Positions 63,379-64,000 of a stretch of DNA of 64,000 nt are shown in pieces. The stretch spans positions 7,270 through 71,269 of the forward strand of contig JAZOML010000003.1 in the NCBI GenBank assembly GCA_045653945.1, read 5' to 3'. Source of the DNA: Eubacteriales bacterium (lineage in GTDB: Bacteria > Bacillota > Clostridia > Oscillospirales > CAG-272). The translations under genes and the position numbers were made by a program. Positions within the stretch are counted from its first letter, which is position 1, and each line of letters opens with the position of its first letter. Below the pieces are notes generated by a model. That model ran no database searches. It was not told the DNA's origin and worked only from the letters and a program-made list of their open reading frames with translations.

Positions 63379-63484
63379 GCTACTTTCTTGAAAGAAAGTA
63401 GCCAAAGAACTTTTCTTACAACCGCAGCCGTGAAAAGTGTGCAGGTTTTAAAATAAGTTTTTTGGGGCCACGGTTGTAAGAAAA
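63379..63484 (+). repeat. hairpin-core repeat with long inverted repeat, 3' of gyrB
   Basis: gctactttcttgaaagaaagtagc (63379-63402), then caaagaacttttcttacaaccg ... cggttgtaagaaaa. Confidence 0.8.
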
Positions 63485-63565
63485 TTACTCCGTAATCTCT
63501 TAAAAGAAAAAAACGAAAAAAGGCAAACGAAAAGCAAACCAAAAAATCAAAGTAAATAAATGTTT

Positions 63566-63767
63566 TGTGGATAGTGTGTATAGAGTTATCCACAGGGTGT
63601 GGATATAGGTGTGGAAAACTTCTTAAAAATTGCGATATAGAGTGGCAAAGTTGCTCTTTTTCGCAGTCGAAAAAAGTCGCAAAAAACACCGAAAACACTG
63701 ATAAATACTGGAAAATACAAAGTTATCCACAGTTTTCCACCGAATTTTGCCCACAGGCAGTGGATAA
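63566..63767. promoter_or_regulatory. dense DnaA-box cluster downstream of gyrB
   Basis: Perfect TTATCCACA at 63586-63594 and 63723-63731. One-mismatch boxes at 63566-63574 (tgtggatag), 63598-63606 (tgtggatat), 63610-63618 (tgtggaaaa) and 63759-63767 (agtggataa). Several two-mismatch boxes as well. Confidence 0.8.
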
Positions 63768-63849
63768 CTCAAAATTTGCAGTGGACAACCTGTTGATTTA
63801 GTGTGTATATTAAAAATTACACAAAGCGAAAGACACCTCATCAGCCACA

Positions 63850-64000
63850 TAGTGGCAGCAATACGTCAATGGAAAAACGGGAAGAACTTGTTCTTCAGAG
63901 TTTTTTCCTGACGGAGAGCGTGTCCGCTTTTAAAAAGCGGTGATGAGATGTCGGATAAAATGCGCCGGGCGGGAGCCTTATACAAAAGCTTTTGCCGATG
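63850..64000 (+). repeat. degenerate copy of the structured repeat plus tail (truncated by window end)
   Basis: tccgcttttaaaaagcgg hairpin, then ...ccttatacaaaagcttttgc tail, as in copies S2 and S4. Confidence 0.55.

Overview
The window is the replication-origin region of a Firmicutes (Clostridia-like) chromosome.

**Right third.** It holds the canonical oriC neighbourhood: mnmE-jag-yidC-yidD-rnpA-rpmH on the minus strand and dnaA-dnaN-recF-remB-gyrB on the plus strand. DnaA-box clusters lie after dnaA and, unusually, after gyrB.

**Left half.** It is mostly housekeeping:
- 5' end of ftsK, degV, rpsO, pnp, tal, a stand-alone trpB2 behind a Trp T-box, and queH.
- An AMP-ligase behind a second T-box, tRNA-Tyr/Thr, nrdR, mazF, hprK and thiI.
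- mnmG, rlmH, an MBL hydrolase and galK.

**Middle (29.4-50.3 kb).** This block is transcribed toward the origin. It contains rsmG-noc-parA-parB-serS with five parS sites and two accessory TIR loci:
- An LRR / mini-pyrophosphatase / tandem-TIR trio at 29.5-31.0 kb.
- An eight-gene operon at 39.6-50.3 kb. It encodes signal-peptide-less BspA-type LRR proteins, three of them with N-terminal TIR domains, and ends in a TIR-FtsK/SpoIIIE motor fusion.

The eight-gene operon is the best candidate for an undescribed immune-like system.

**Repeats.** Almost every intergenic region is colonised by a mosaic repeat family built around a TTTCTTGAAAGAAA-type hairpin core. The family includes a structured domain of about 115-125 nt with compensatory stem changes between copies. 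No rRNA, CRISPR array, transposase or integrase was seen.

All calls come from reading the sequence and the ORF track by eye. No database search was run.
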